DNA from: Atribacterota bacterium
GTDB taxonomy: Bacteria; Atribacterota; Phoenicimicrobiia; Phoenicimicrobiales; Phoenicimicrobiaceae
Reading direction: 5' to 3'
Length of the DNA: 27,149 bases
NCBI GenBank assembly: GCA_030599445.1
Contig: JAUVOA010000001.1
Location: forward strand, 1-27,149
The position numbers were made by a program, and so were the translations under genes. Below are positions 27,076 through 27,149 of the stretch, piece after piece; position 1 is the first letter of the stretch; each line of letters opens with the position of its first letter. The notes beneath the pieces are model-generated. The model was not told where the DNA came from. It saw nothing but the letters and a program-made list of their open reading frames with translations, and made no database searches.

Positions 27076-27119
27076 TAAGAAAAATAATTCGGATATAGAA
27101 AAGATAAGGAGTGAATAGG

Positions 27120-27149
27120 ATGCCAAGAGCGACAAATAGTGTTGCCTCA
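27120..27149 (+). CDS. rplT: 5' end of 50S ribosomal protein L20, truncated by the window edge
   Basis: GGAG SD, then MPRATNSVAS; conserved infC-rpmI-rplT order. Confidence 0.8.
   Translation, partial: MPRATNSVAS

Overview
An AT-rich bacterial chromosomal window (anaerobe-like gene content; an Atribacterota- or Firmicutes-like origin is a guess I cannot confirm) with mostly housekeeping and metabolic genes on the + strand. In order: the 3' end of an M19 dipeptidase, a FAH-family hydrolase, a THF riboswitch with a folT-type ECF S-component, two Zn-dependent dehydrogenases, a thioesterase-nicotinamidase-patatin run, a FmdB zinc ribbon, a c-di-GMP-I riboswitch with a 4xPAS-GAF-GGDEF-HD-GYP protein, TauE, MobB-FeS, trxB, a TIM-barrel protein, lipA, an EF-G paralogue, leuS, ssb, a six-tRNA cluster, thrS, infC (AUU start), rpmI and the start of rplT. 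The most striking feature is a complete tRNA-Ala(GGC) gene sitting inside stem III of a leucine-specific (CUC) T-box riboswitch in front of leuS, so the embedded tRNA is non-cognate to the T-box. Other notable items are an unannotated 27-aa Trp/Tyr-rich membrane peptide gene with its own RBS and terminator, a fully readable SD-sequestering THF switch, a tRNA-Val(GAC) with C33/G37, and intergenic regions built from GTAG-type REP-like palindromes plus period-7 and period-8 degenerate tandem repeats. I found no integrase, transposase or CRISPR array.
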